A DNA stretch of 64,000 bases from Elusimicrobiota bacterium (GTDB lineage Bacteria > Elusimicrobiota > Elusimicrobia > Elusimicrobiales > UBA9959). Within the stretch, counting starts at the first letter, position 1. Every line of letters begins with the position of its first letter. The DNA lies in contig JAINCQ010000020.1 in the NCBI GenBank assembly GCA_036574205.1, positions 1 through 64,000 on the forward strand, read 5' to 3'. Positions 20,403 through 30,473 of this stretch are shown in pieces. The position numbers were made by a program, and so were the translations under genes. The notes under the pieces were generated by a model. That model was not told the origin of the DNA and searched no databases. It was given only the letters and a program-made list of their open reading frames with translations.

Positions 20403-20702
20403 ATGAATGTTGCAAGAAAAAGAAAAGCGTCTTTGTCAGCTACTATTTTATTATGTATAGCTATAATAACCATGGCTACTTATATTATGAAATGGGCCCT
20501 TGATAGACACATGACAGCTACAAGGTTTTATAGAAGCTCCATATCTAAATCAAGAGCCGAGGGTATTATGTTAAATCGAGTGGCATGTTGTCCAAATTCA
20601 GCTGGTTGTCGAACCTCAGCTGACGGAAAAACTGCCACAATATCCATTAACTGTTCAGCAAGCGCAGCCACAGCTTTTACAGTTACAATATCTGAAGATT
20701 AA
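20403..20702 (+). CDS. Short PilX-like minor pilin lacking Glu5
   Basis: Basic leader RKRKA followed by hydrophobic SLSATILLCIAII; last gene of the pilin run; Cys-containing C-terminus. Confidence 0.55.
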   Translation: MNVARKRKASLSATILLCIAIITMATYIMKWALDRHMTATRFYRSSISKSRAEGIMLNRVACCPNSAGCRTSADGKTATISINCSASAATAFTVTISED

Positions 20703-20773
20703 ACAAAAACAACTTTTAAATAAAGCCAGTTTATTTAATATTTAACTGATTGATAGTAGATTTTAAATTTATG

Positions 20774-21608
20774 TTATTTAAATCCTATTTTTTTAAATGG
20801 CTTAAATTCAAGAGTATTATTTGATTTTTCATTCATAATACTAGACTCAAGCCAGTTAAACCATTTCTTTTCAAAATCATCATAATCAATTATTCTATAA
20901 TTTTCCCATAATGATTTATTAAAATCTTTGCCCTTTAACAGATCTGAGCAAAATCTTATAAAAAGCAATTTTTTTTGAGGAGTATAAAGATATCTGACTA
21001 TTCCATAAGCCTGAAGATACCAGTTTGCTATATCGTTATCATTTTTAATGGAGTTTAAATCTGTTTTAAAAAAGGAAGAAAATTTTAAATAAGAACTTTT
21101 TGGTGAATACTTAAGCGCCTTTTCCCATGGGGATTCATCCTCGTAAGCTTTATCTTCCATATAAACAGCAAGCCCTTCATTTAACCATAGAGGCGGATAT
21201 TTGAGCGCTTGAGCAAAATAACTTTCAAAATAAAGATGGGTTAATTCATGAGTTATAGTTGGAAAAATAGAATCTTTTTTTTCGCTCTTGTATACTACTA
21301 TCGTCTTTTTTTCATAATATGCAAGTCCCCTTGACCATTTTGGCGGTTTAAACTCCCCATTTATGTAGTTTTCATAAGAAGAGTATATATATATCTTTGT
21401 TTTTTCCCTTGTCATCCAGGGTGAAAAAAATGAAAGATTTAAATTCATTAAGTTATAAATTCTTTCCATCTCAATAGTAATAGAAGGGATCGTCCATTTA
21501 CCTTCTATGTATATATCAAAATGTTTGGTTTCAAGCCTGTTCCATACTTGAGATTGGGTATTTAAATTCTGGAGTGATAGAAAAATAACTAAAAAAAAAA
21601 TTAATCAT
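20774..21608 (-). pseudogene. Secreted gluzincin/peptidase MA-like metallopeptidase, frameshifted in a T10 tract within the signal peptide (phase-OFF, pseudogene or sequencing error)
   Basis: HELTH...WLNEGLA motif in 20774..21469. ATG 21608 overlaps the uvrA stop, and removing one T from 21591-21600 gives MINFFLVIFLSLQNLNTQSQVWNRLETKHFDIY... in frame. Confidence 0.75.
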
Positions 21609-24376
21609 TTAATATACTCTTTAATTATGGATTTTTTACAAAAACTTATATCCTTTCTTGGTCCCTGATATATAAGATTGCCACCGTCAGGACCTCCACC
21701 AGGACCAAGCTCTATAATCCAATCAGCAGATTTTATAACATCAGTATTATGTTCTATTATTACTATTGTATTGCCTCTTTCAAGAAGTTTATTAATTACC
21801 TTTAAAAGTTTTTCCACATCAGCAAAATGAAGTCCTATAGTTGGCTCATCCAGTATATAAAGATTTCTACCGTTTGTTCTCTTTGAAAGTTCCCATGCTA
21901 TTTTTATCCTTTGTGCTTCTCCACCACTTAAAGTAGAAGAGCTTTGACCAAGTTTTATATAATCAAGTCCAACAGAAGATAGAAGTTTTAGTTTGGAACT
22001 TATTGAAGGTATGTTTTCAAAAAAAGGAATTGCTTCAGCAACGCTCATATCTAATACATCAGATATACTTTTATCTTTATATTTTATTTCAAGTGTTTCT
22101 TTGTTAAATCTCTTGCCATTACACTCATCGCATAGTACATGAAGATCTGGAAGAAATTGCATTTGAATATTAAGATAACCTTCTCCTTTACATTTTTCAC
22201 AACGTCCACCTTTTAAATTAAAGGAAAATCTGGAAGGTGAATATCCTTTTCTTTTTGCTGCCGGGGTTTGCGCAAAAAGTTGCCTTATATCATCAAAAAA
22301 TCCAATATATGTTGCAGGATTTGATCTTACTGACCTTCCTATAGGGGATTGGTCCACTATAACTATTTTTTCTATATTTTCATATCCTCTTATCTCTTTA
22401 AATTTACCAGGTTCTTCTTTAAAAAAAGGATTTATTTTTTTCATTATTCCCTTATAAAGTATTTCATATAAAAGCGTAGATTTACCCGACCCTGATACTC
22501 CGCAAATTACAGTCATAAGCCCAATAGGTATTTTAATATCTATATTTTTAAGATTAAACTGAGCTGCTCCAGTTATTGTTATAAATTTATATGGAATTAC
22601 AGATTTCCTCTCAATAGCAACTTTTCGCTCTCCATTAAGATATTTTGCCGTAATAGAGTTTTTATCTTTTAGTATCTCTGAAAGAGCTCCTTTTGTAACG
22701 ACATTACCGCCGTAAATCCCTGCTCCAGGACCAAGTTCTATTATATAATCGGAATTTCTTATGGTAGCTTCATCATGTTCAACAACAATAAGAGTATTTC
22801 CTATATCTCTAAGTGACTTTAATGTTCTTATGAGCTTCTCATTGTCTTTGGGATGAAGTCCTATTGTTGGTTCATCCAGAACATAAATAACTCCTTCAAG
22901 TCCACAACCTAACTGAGTTGCAAGAGATATTCTCTGAGCCTCACCACCACTTAAAGTCTGAGAGTATCTTGAAAGGGTTAGATATCCAAGTCCTACATCT
23001 ATAAGAAAGGAAAGTCTTGAATTTATTTCTTTGAGTATAACTCTTGATATTTCAAGCTCAGTTGGAGTTAGTTTTATTGATGAAAAAAAATTTTTAATTT
23101 CTATTATTGTTAAATCAGATAGATCTGATATATTAATTCCATTTATAAAAACTGATAAGGCATCCTCCACAAGTCTTTTTCCATGACATTTGGGACAAAG
23201 TATTTCTTTCATATATTTTGAGTATATTTCTGTTTTTACAAATTCAGATTCTGTTGTTAAATACCTTCTTTTTATGTTATTTATTACTCCTTCAAATTCA
23301 CCATCACCATATAATATTAAGTCAATATGTTTAGGAGGAAGTCTTGAAACAGGAATATCCATCCTTACCCCATATTTTGACGCAAGACTTGTTATTATAC
23401 TTTTATAATAGTTTGACCATGAAGTTTTCCATCTATTTGTTCTTGTAGTTATAGGATTTTCCCACGCTATTATAGCTCCATCAGATAAAGATTTTGAAAA
23501 ATCAACCACAAGATTTTTATCCACTTCGGTTACAAAACCTATTCCCTCACATTCAGGACATGCACCATATGGAGAATTAAAGGAAAAAAGTTTTGGTTCA
23601 AGATCCTTTAAACTTATATTACAATATGGGCATGAGTTTTTCTGACTGTAAAGAACATTATCATCAGATGAGGAAATCTCAACCTTTGAATCTGACTCCT
23701 TCAAGGCTATCTCAACTGAGTCATTTAGCCTTTCTATCTCATCCTCTTTAAGTGTGAAACTATCAACTATTATAGATATATTATGTTTTTTATATCTCTT
23801 AAGAAATGGAAGATTTTCTGAAGAATAAATCTTTGAGTCAACCTCAAACTGAACAAATCCTTTCTTCTTCATTCTTGAAAAAAGTTCTTCATATGTTCCA
23901 GTTTTTTGAATAATAAGTGGTGATTTTATAGCTATTTTTTTGCCTAAGAATCTTTTTTTTATATCGGTTATCATTAAATCTATGGGCCAGCTTTTTACCG
24001 GTCGTCTACATAAAGGACAGTGTTGTTTCCCTATTTTTGAATATAAGAGCCTCAGATAATCATATATCTCAGTAACCGTTCCAACTGTTGATCTTGGATT
24101 TTTAGATGGAGAATGTTGCTCTATTGCTATGGAGGGGGAAAGTCCATCTATAAAATCAACATCAGGTTTTTCCATCATCTCAAGAAATTGCCTTGCATAA
24201 GCATTAAGGCTCTCTATATATCTGCGCTGCCCTTCTGCATATATAGTATCAAAAGCTAAGGATGACTTTCCGCTACCACTTAACCCTGTTATTGTTATAA
24301 TTTTATTTTTTGGAATTTGAAGATTTATATTTTTGAGATTATGGGTCCTTGCACCTTTTATTATTATTTTTTCCAT
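21605..24376 (-). CDS. uvrA: Excinuclease ABC subunit A
   Basis: GARTHNLKN, GLSGSGKSSLAFDTIYAEGQRRY, two LSGGEAQR signatures, zinc fingers. Confidence 0.98.
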   Translation of the reverse strand: MEKIIIKGARTHNLKNINLQIPKNKIITITGLSGSGKSSLAFDTIYAEGQRRYIESLNAYARQFLEMMEKPDVDFIDGLSPSIAIEQHSPSKNPRSTVGTVTEIYDYLRLLYSKIGKQHCPLCRRPVKSWPIDLMITDIKKRFLGKKIAIKSPLIIQKTGTYEELFSRMKKKGFVQFEVDSKIYSSENLPFLKRYKKHNISIIVDSFTLKEDEIERLNDSVEIALKESDSKVEISSSDDNVLYSQKNSCPYCNISLKDLEPKLFSFNSPYGACPECEGIGFVTEVDKNLVVDFSKSLSDGAIIAWENPITTRTNRWKTSWSNYYKSIITSLASKYGVRMDIPVSRLPPKHIDLILYGDGEFEGVINNIKRRYLTTESEFVKTEIYSKYMKEILCPKCHGKRLVEDALSVFINGINISDLSDLTIIEIKNFFSSIKLTPTELEISRVILKEINSRLSFLIDVGLGYLTLSRYSQTLSGGEAQRISLATQLGCGLEGVIYVLDEPTIGLHPKDNEKLIRTLKSLRDIGNTLIVVEHDEATIRNSDYIIELGPGAGIYGGNVVTKGALSEILKDKNSITAKYLNGERKVAIERKSVIPYKFITITGAAQFNLKNIDIKIPIGLMTVICGVSGSGKSTLLYEILYKGIMKKINPFFKEEPGKFKEIRGYENIEKIVIVDQSPIGRSVRSNPATYIGFFDDIRQLFAQTPAAKRKGYSPSRFSFNLKGGRCEKCKGEGYLNIQMQFLPDLHVLCDECNGKRFNKETLEIKYKDKSISDVLDMSVAEAIPFFENIPSISSKLKLLSSVGLDYIKLGQSSSTLSGGEAQRIKIAWELSKRTNGRNLYILDEPTIGLHFADVEKLLKVINKLLERGNTIVIIEHNTDVIKSADWIIELGPGGGPDGGNLIYQGPRKDISFCKKSIIKEYIK

Positions 24377-24382
24377 AAAAAA

Positions 24383-25984
24383 TTAAATATATCTATTATA
24401 AATTGTATTTCTGGGAGTCTTTAATTTGTGAGGATGGTCTTCATTATAATAAACGCCTCTTGATTCCTTTCTCTTCAAGGAACTTGCTATTATCATTTTT
24501 GCAACAAGCGCTATATTCCTTAATTCCACAAAATTTTTATTTGGCTTATATCTTTTATAGTAATAATTTATCTCCTCAACAATAAGTTCTATTTTTCTTT
24601 TCGCTTTTTTTAGCCTTTCATCACTTCTTATTATACCAGCATAATTATTAGTAAGAGTTCTTATCTCTTTCCAGTTTTGTGATATTATTATATCTTCTTT
24701 TGAAGGGACTGTTTTTAGATAATCCCATAATATATGGCGAGCGGTCAAAGTTGGAGTTAGTATTCTGTCATTTTTGATTGACTCATAGGCTCTATGCGCA
24801 AAAAAAGAAGCTTCAAGTAGCGAGTTTGATGCAAGGCGATTTGCTCCATGAAGGCCTGTGTGGGAGGTTTCTCCAACAGCATATAGGTTTTTTATAGCCG
24901 TAAGGCTATTTTCATCAACCTCAACACCCCCACAAAAAAAATGAGCCGCTGGAACTACTGGTATGGGAGTTTTAGTTATATCTATTCCATAGTTAAGGCA
25001 TGTCTTATAAATATAAGGAAATCTTTTTTTTATATATGTTGAAGGCTTAAATGAAATATCAAGATAAACGAAATCATCCCCAGTCTTTTTTATTTCATTA
25101 GCAATTGCCCTTGAAACAAGATCGCGTGGAGCAAGTTCCATTCTATTAGAATATTCACTCATAAATCTTTTACCGCTTTTTGTTTTTAAAATAGCACCTT
25201 CACCTCTTAAAGCTTCTGATATAAGAAAGTTATCAGCATTAGGATGATAGAGACATGTTGGATGAAATTGCACAAATTCCATATTTATAAGATTAAGCCC
25301 AGCTCTAAATCCCATAGCCATTCCATCGCCTGTGGCAGTCTTTGGGTTTGAAGTATAAATATATGTTCTACCTGCTCCGCCACAGGCTAAAATAGTTTTT
25401 GATGCTATAAACGAATATATTTCATTCTTTTTTATATCTATAATATAAGCGCCTATAGCTTCATTTCTTGAAGGTTTTGTGAATTTAGGATGTGATTTAA
25501 GTATTATATCAACAGCAATATGATTTTCAAATACTCTTATTTTTTTATTTTCCCTTATCCTTTCAATCAATGTAGTTATTATCTCTTTGCCTGTATAATC
25601 ATAATGATGTAAAATCCTTCTATGTGAATGCCCTCCCTCAAGCCCCAGATCAAAATTATTTCCTTTCCTGTTAAACTTAACACCCATTTTTAAAAATTCC
25701 ATTATTATCGCAGGGGCAGATTCAACGACCAGTTTAACAATTTTTTTATTGGCTAATCCTGCTCCTGTTTTAAGAGTGTCATTTATATGATTTGAAAAAG
25801 TGTCTTCTTCCCCGAAAACAGCAGCAATGCCGCCCTGAGCATATATAGAATTTGAAACTGATAGGAGATCCTTTGTAACAAGATTTACGCTTCCTATCTC
25901 TGAAAGCTTTATAGCGGAAAATAATCCAGCTAATCCACTACCTATAACAAGAAAATCGCTTGAATATATTTTTTTATTTTTCAT
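24383..25984 (-). CDS. nadB: L-aspartate oxidase
   Basis: GSGLAGL, SIYAQGGIA, EGGHSHRRILH, MEFVQFHPT, LISEALRGEG, HGANRLASNSLLE, ESRG. Confidence 0.95.
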   Translation of the reverse strand: MKNKKIYSSDFLVIGSGLAGLFSAIKLSEIGSVNLVTKDLLSVSNSIYAQGGIAAVFGEEDTFSNHINDTLKTGAGLANKKIVKLVVESAPAIIMEFLKMGVKFNRKGNNFDLGLEGGHSHRRILHHYDYTGKEIITTLIERIRENKKIRVFENHIAVDIILKSHPKFTKPSRNEAIGAYIIDIKKNEIYSFIASKTILACGGAGRTYIYTSNPKTATGDGMAMGFRAGLNLINMEFVQFHPTCLYHPNADNFLISEALRGEGAILKTKSGKRFMSEYSNRMELAPRDLVSRAIANEIKKTGDDFVYLDISFKPSTYIKKRFPYIYKTCLNYGIDITKTPIPVVPAAHFFCGGVEVDENSLTAIKNLYAVGETSHTGLHGANRLASNSLLEASFFAHRAYESIKNDRILTPTLTARHILWDYLKTVPSKEDIIISQNWKEIRTLTNNYAGIIRSDERLKKAKRKIELIVEEINYYYKRYKPNKNFVELRNIALVAKMIIASSLKRKESRGVYYNEDHPHKLKTPRNTIYNRYI

Positions 25985-26001
25985 TTTTTATAAAATATAA
26001 A

Positions 26002-26050
26002 TAAGAACGCTCTTATGTGATTTTAAGGCGTCTTACAGTATATTTTAGCA
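26002..26050 (-). promoter_or_regulatory. Extended -10 for nadB followed by an imperfect inverted repeat in the leader
   Basis: Minus-strand TGCTAAAAT at 26050-26042; arms TAAGACGCCTTA (26035-26024) and TAAGAGCGTTCTTA (26015-26002). Confidence 0.5.
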
Positions 26051-26062
26051 TTTTTTTTATTG

Positions 26063-27133
26063 ATGAAAAAGATTTTTAAATTCATACCTCTTATTGTAGC
26101 TAGTGTAATACTTTATTTCTTAATATATCCAAACTATCACAAAATAATAAAAATTTATTATGTTTCATCAAAATTCTGGCTTTTTATGGCTTTTGTCGCA
26201 GCAATGGGAAGCTACTTCTTTATGAGTCTTTCTTTAAATGAGATGCTTAAAATAATGGGATATAAAATTTCTTTTTTAAACTCATTTTCTATAACAATGA
26301 TATCAACAACTGTTAATTATTTTTTTTCATCAGCCGGAGCAAGTGGATTTGCCATAAGAACGCATCTTCTTAACAAAAAAGGAATACCTGTAAGTATATG
26401 TCTGAGCACTTCTGTTGTTTTAACCGCATTGATATATCTAGTATTGGGACTGATAATCTTTCAAAGTTTTTTTCTTTATTTTATTGAAATCAGAAAATTA
26501 AATATCCAGATAATAGAGGGAGCGGCAGGCTCTTTTATAGTTCTATTTCTATCTTTTTTTATGGCAATTATAATTTATAGTTATAGATTCAGGAATAGAT
26601 GGGCTATAAGAATATTTTATTTCATAAACTCAACACTTTATCAAATAACAAAATATCAGATTCCAAAAGAAGATTTTAGAGATTTTAAAAACAAATTAAA
26701 TCACGGGATAAACATACTTCATAAAAGAAAATATGAGCTTCCAAAGGTTATGGGATATGTTCTCCTTGATTGGATGCTTAATATAATAGTTTTATATTTT
26801 GCTTTTCTTTCAATAAACATAAAAATACCATTATTGAAACTTATAATAGGCTTTTCATTTGGTATGGTGATGACTATTATACCTGTGCTTCCATCTGGAC
26901 TTGGCGCAATGGAGGTCGTTATATCAGGCTTTTATTCAAATTGTGGAATTCCTCTTGAGTCAGCCATATTTGCAAGCCTTGTCTTTAGAATTTTCTATTA
27001 CATAATTCCATCAATAATAAGTATGGTAATGTTTTACGGAATGAAAATAGTAGAACCTGATATTGATAGAGATGATTTAGATTATATTGAAAAAAACGGG
27101 AGGAAGAATGATAGAAAAATTCATGAAAAATGA
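26063..27133 (+). CDS. Lysylphosphatidylglycerol synthase TM / flippase-like (UPF0104) membrane protein
   Basis: Multi-TM; IPVLPSGLGAMEV, ASLVFRIFYYIIP; ATG 26063 preferred to TTG 26060. Confidence 0.82.
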   Translation: MKKIFKFIPLIVASVILYFLIYPNYHKIIKIYYVSSKFWLFMAFVAAMGSYFFMSLSLNEMLKIMGYKISFLNSFSITMISTTVNYFFSSAGASGFAIRTHLLNKKGIPVSICLSTSVVLTALIYLVLGLIIFQSFFLYFIEIRKLNIQIIEGAAGSFIVLFLSFFMAIIIYSYRFRNRWAIRIFYFINSTLYQITKYQIPKEDFRDFKNKLNHGINILHKRKYELPKVMGYVLLDWMLNIIVLYFAFLSINIKIPLLKLIIGFSFGMVMTIIPVLPSGLGAMEVVISGFYSNCGIPLESAIFASLVFRIFYYIIPSIISMVMFYGMKIVEPDIDRDDLDYIEKNGRKNDRKIHEK

Positions 27134-27614
27134 ACCTGTAATATCACCAAAAGCCTATATCCACAAAACTGCTGTTATAATAGGAAATGTGGAAATTGAT
27201 GACGATGTTTCTGTCTGGCCATATGTTGTTTTAAGGGGAGACATAGATAAAATAAAAATAGGCAAAAGAAGCAATATACAGGACCTTTCTGTTTTTCATC
27301 CAAACAGAAACAAACCTATTATAATTGGTGAAAATGTAACTGTAGGACATGGGGCTATTGTCCATGGTAGTGTAATAGGGAACAACTGTCTTATAGCTAT
27401 GAATGCCACTGTAATAGATAGCCAGATAGGTGATAATTGTCTTATAGGAGCAAATTGTCTTATAACTCCAAATTCTAAAATTCCTCCAGGTTCATTGGTT
27501 GTTGGCGTTCCATTTAAGATAGTAAGGGAACTAACAGATAAAGAGATAAAAGCCATATCTGAATCAGCTGAGGATTATTTTAATCTTATGAGTGCATATA
27601 TGGGGAATAAATGA
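27108..27614 (+). CDS. Gamma carbonic anhydrase family (YrdA/PaaY-like) hexapeptide-repeat protein
   Basis: VLRGD, SNIQD..FH, TVGHGAIVHG; ATG 27108 after GGGAGG. Confidence 0.9.
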   Translation: MIEKFMKNEPVISPKAYIHKTAVIIGNVEIDDDVSVWPYVVLRGDIDKIKIGKRSNIQDLSVFHPNRNKPIIIGENVTVGHGAIVHGSVIGNNCLIAMNATVIDSQIGDNCLIGANCLITPNSKIPPGSLVVGVPFKIVRELTDKEIKAISESAEDYFNLMSAYMGNK

Positions 27615-27979
27615 AAAAAATATTGATCATAGAAGACAACAGGCAAACAACATCTGTTCTTAAAGAGATTTTTGAAAAGGAAGGGTATGCTGTAATTACA
27701 GCAACTGATGGAATTGATGGGATCCGGCAGGCAAAACATCAGCTACCAGATCTTATTCTTCTGGATCTTTTACTCCCCAAAATAAGTGGATTTGATATAT
27801 GTCTTAAGTTAATGCAGGATGACAAGACAAGAAAAACCCCAATTATAATAATTTCTACTCTTGCTGACGAAAAACAAACCAGAGAGAAATTAAAGACATG
27901 CGAGGTTGTAAGATTTATGAAAAAGCCATACACTATTGAAGATCTTATACAGGAGATTAAAAATATCTTAAAAAATTGA
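27611..27979 (+). CDS. Stand-alone response regulator receiver protein
   Basis: ILIIED, LILLDLLLP, IIIIST, KPY. Confidence 0.9.
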   Translation: MKKILIIEDNRQTTSVLKEIFEKEGYAVITATDGIDGIRQAKHQLPDLILLDLLLPKISGFDICLKLMQDDKTRKTPIIIISTLADEKQTREKLKTCEVVRFMKKPYTIEDLIQEIKNILKN

Positions 27980-28749
27980 ATATAGATTTTCAAATGAACC
28001 AAAGTATATTATCAGAAATTTATCAATTACTATATCAAAAATTTGGTCCTCAGGGATGGTGGCCAATATGCGACAAACAGACAGGAATTTCAGTTTACAG
28101 AAAAAATTTTTTTGGAAAGTTAAGCTCAACTGAAACTTTTGAAATAGCAATTGGAGCGATATTAACACAGAACACTACATGGAAAAACGCTGAAAAAGCT
28201 ATTTTTTCGCTTAAAAAAAACTCAATACTTACTCCAAAATCCATTCTTTCATCCCCAAAAAAGACTTTATATAAACTTATAAGATCCAGCGGATATTACA
28301 AACAAAAAACAAAAAAAATAATTGAATTTTGTCTATGGATTCAAAAAAATGGCGGAGATCTTAAAAGAATATTAGGAATAAAAAAAGGAGAGATATTAAG
28401 AAATGAGTTGCTTCAAATAAATGGAATAGGCAGAGAAACTGCGGATTCTATCTTGCTTTATGCTGGATATCTGCCTTTTTTTGTTATAGATGCTTATACA
28501 AGACGTTTATATTCAAGAGTATTTCTAGATCCTACCGTTTATAAATATGACGAACTTCAAAATATTTTTGAAAAAAACATTGATAAAAACTTTAAAACAT
28601 ATATGGAGTTTCATGCTCTTATAGTGAAACTTTCAAAAGAATATTGTTTTAAATTTGAGCCTGCTTGCGAAAAATGCATTATTTCAAAATATTGTAAAAA
28701 AGGAATTCTGTATGATAAAAATAAAAGAAAAGATAGAAAATTATCTTAA
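27976..28749 (+). CDS. Endonuclease III-related HhH-GPD glycosylase with Fe-S motif
   Basis: GAILTQNTTW, GIGRETADSILLYA, VIDAYTRR, C-x6-C-x2-C-x5-C; the start may be ATG 27994. Confidence 0.88.
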   Translation: MNIDFQMNQSILSEIYQLLYQKFGPQGWWPICDKQTGISVYRKNFFGKLSSTETFEIAIGAILTQNTTWKNAEKAIFSLKKNSILTPKSILSSPKKTLYKLIRSSGYYKQKTKKIIEFCLWIQKNGGDLKRILGIKKGEILRNELLQINGIGRETADSILLYAGYLPFFVIDAYTRRLYSRVFLDPTVYKYDELQNIFEKNIDKNFKTYMEFHALIVKLSKEYCFKFEPACEKCIISKYCKKGILYDKNKRKDRKLS

Positions 28750-29755
28750 CAATGAAAATATAAAGTCAGCATTAAAACTTGTAAGAAAACTGAATAAGAA
28801 ATCTTCTTATTACTTTTACTATATGGCTCAAATAAAACGGATGATGGGATTTATGAAAGAGGCGGAAAAATATTACCTTAAAGCCATAAAAGGAGGTTTA
28901 AAACTTGAAAAACAGGATTATCTTGACTGTCTTTTAAAGTTAGCCTCTATTTCAAGGTCATTTGGTTTAAAACATCAGAGCCTTAAATACCTTAATATGG
29001 CTTTTAAAATAGATCCACAAAATACAAATGTGATTCTTGAAAAAGCTATGTATTTCAGGATGATAGGGGACTTTGATAATTCAATTAAAGTTATGAATAC
29101 TTTGCTTAAAAAGTATCGTAGGGAAAAAGATTTTCAAGGCATTTCTTATATTTTATGGGCAAAAGGGGGAATTTACAGGCTTTCAGGCAAATTGAAACTT
29201 TCAATTTCATCATATCGTAGCGCATATCATTATAGCTTAAAAGCAAAAGACCTATCCCTTAAAATATACTCTCTTTTAGGACTTGCCGGGGTTATGAGGA
29301 TAAGTGGGGATGTGAAATCTTCCTTAAAAACATATCTTAAAGCTAAAAAATATATTTCTAAAAATGATATCTTTGCCTCTGCCTATGTTTATTGCGGAAT
29401 AGGAAATTCATTAAGGCAGATGGGGGATTTAGATAATGCCCTTAAAAACTACAAAAAATCCTATCTGCTCTATTTAAAAACAGGAGATTTTCTTGATCTT
29501 GGGCTTGTTTTATGGGGGATAGGAGAGTGTTATAAACGAAAAGGAAAATTTTCTTCGGCATTGAAATATTTTAATAAAGCGTCAGGTTTATTTAATAAAG
29601 GTTTTGAACCAAGAGGTAAAATATTGAATATGATGTCTATTGCCCAAATTTATTATCTTACAGGTAATATCAAAAAAGGAAGAAAAATTTATGATCTTGC
29701 ATATTCGCTTTCAAGAAAGAATAATTTATCCACATATCTTGAAATTTTTACATAA
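28712..29755 (+). CDS. Tetratricopeptide repeat protein
   Basis: Repeated TPR-like helices (GIGNSLRQMGDLDNALKNY, GIGECYKRKGKFSSALKYF); ATG 28712 preferred. Confidence 0.8.
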   Translation: MIKIKEKIENYLNNENIKSALKLVRKLNKKSSYYFYYMAQIKRMMGFMKEAEKYYLKAIKGGLKLEKQDYLDCLLKLASISRSFGLKHQSLKYLNMAFKIDPQNTNVILEKAMYFRMIGDFDNSIKVMNTLLKKYRREKDFQGISYILWAKGGIYRLSGKLKLSISSYRSAYHYSLKAKDLSLKIYSLLGLAGVMRISGDVKSSLKTYLKAKKYISKNDIFASAYVYCGIGNSLRQMGDLDNALKNYKKSYLLYLKTGDFLDLGLVLWGIGECYKRKGKFSSALKYFNKASGLFNKGFEPRGKILNMMSIAQIYYLTGNIKKGRKIYDLAYSLSRKNNLSTYLEIFT

Positions 29756-29768
29756 TACTTACGCTATA

Positions 29769-29777
29769 TGCTAAAAT
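29769..29777 (+). promoter_or_regulatory. Extended -10 promoter, leaderless candidate for the lptA-like gene
   Basis: TGCTAAAAT then 7 nt to ATG 29785; no SD. Confidence 0.55.
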
Positions 29778-29784
29778 ATATTCT

Positions 29785-30462
29785 ATGAGATCCTTATATT
29801 TTTTTGCTTTTTGTTCATTTTTTTTATCTATTTCTATTTTTGCCGAGGATAAAAAAAGAGATTTTTTGATGGGGAGTATTGTAAAAAGTGATTTATGGGA
29901 GATAGATCGTAAGAATAATATTGAGTATTTTAAAAAAAATGTTTCATTCAGAAATGATAGATTTTTTTTTAAATCAGATAACGCAATTTATGATCATAAT
30001 AATAAAAAATGGAATGCTTATGGAAATGTTTATGCTAAAGACAATATAGAGAAAAACTCTTTTATTGAAGTTTTTTGTGGTAAAGCAAATTATAATGAAA
30101 ATAATGAAGAAGTGTTTATGGAGTCATTTCCAGATAAAAACAAGTTTATATATTATAATGATAATAAATATCCTTATACTGCCTATTCATATAAAGCAAT
30201 TGCAAACAATTTCTCAAAGGAGATACTTTTTACAGGAGCCTTTGAACTTCATACATCAAGTATTTCTGCTTATAGCGATAATGCTTTTTATAGAGAGATT
30301 GATAAAACTTTTGAATTAACATCTTCCCCTTATCTTACAGGTTCAAACCACTCTTATAATTTTAAAATTACAGGAGAAAAGATAAAGATTTTCAAAGATG
30401 AACGGAAAGCATATATTACAGATAATATATATGGAGTTATAAGTTCTGAAAAAAAAGAATAA
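29785..30462 (+). CDS. LptA/OstA-like beta-jellyroll protein
   Basis: Signal peptide, beta-rich repeats (AYGNVY, ITGEKIKIF), adjacent to lptB. Confidence 0.65.
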   Translation: MRSLYFFAFCSFFLSISIFAEDKKRDFLMGSIVKSDLWEIDRKNNIEYFKKNVSFRNDRFFFKSDNAIYDHNNKKWNAYGNVYAKDNIEKNSFIEVFCGKANYNENNEEVFMESFPDKNKFIYYNDNKYPYTAYSYKAIANNFSKEILFTGAFELHTSSISAYSDNAFYREIDKTFELTSSPYLTGSNHSYNFKITGEKIKIFKDERKAYITDNIYGVISSEKKE

Positions 30463-30473
30463 AATCTTTCAAT

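Noticed and set aside
4683..20702. Pilus locus as a genomic island integrated at tRNA-Thr
   Set aside because: No integrase, no duplicated tRNA 3' end seen, and composition similar to the flanks
20774..24376. UvrA-peptidase fusion by TGA readthrough or recoding (the peptidase frame is currently in frame with uvrA)
   Set aside because: TGA is a normal stop in other genes here and Trp uses TGG; a signal peptide after UvrA makes no sense; a one-base slip in the T tract explains it
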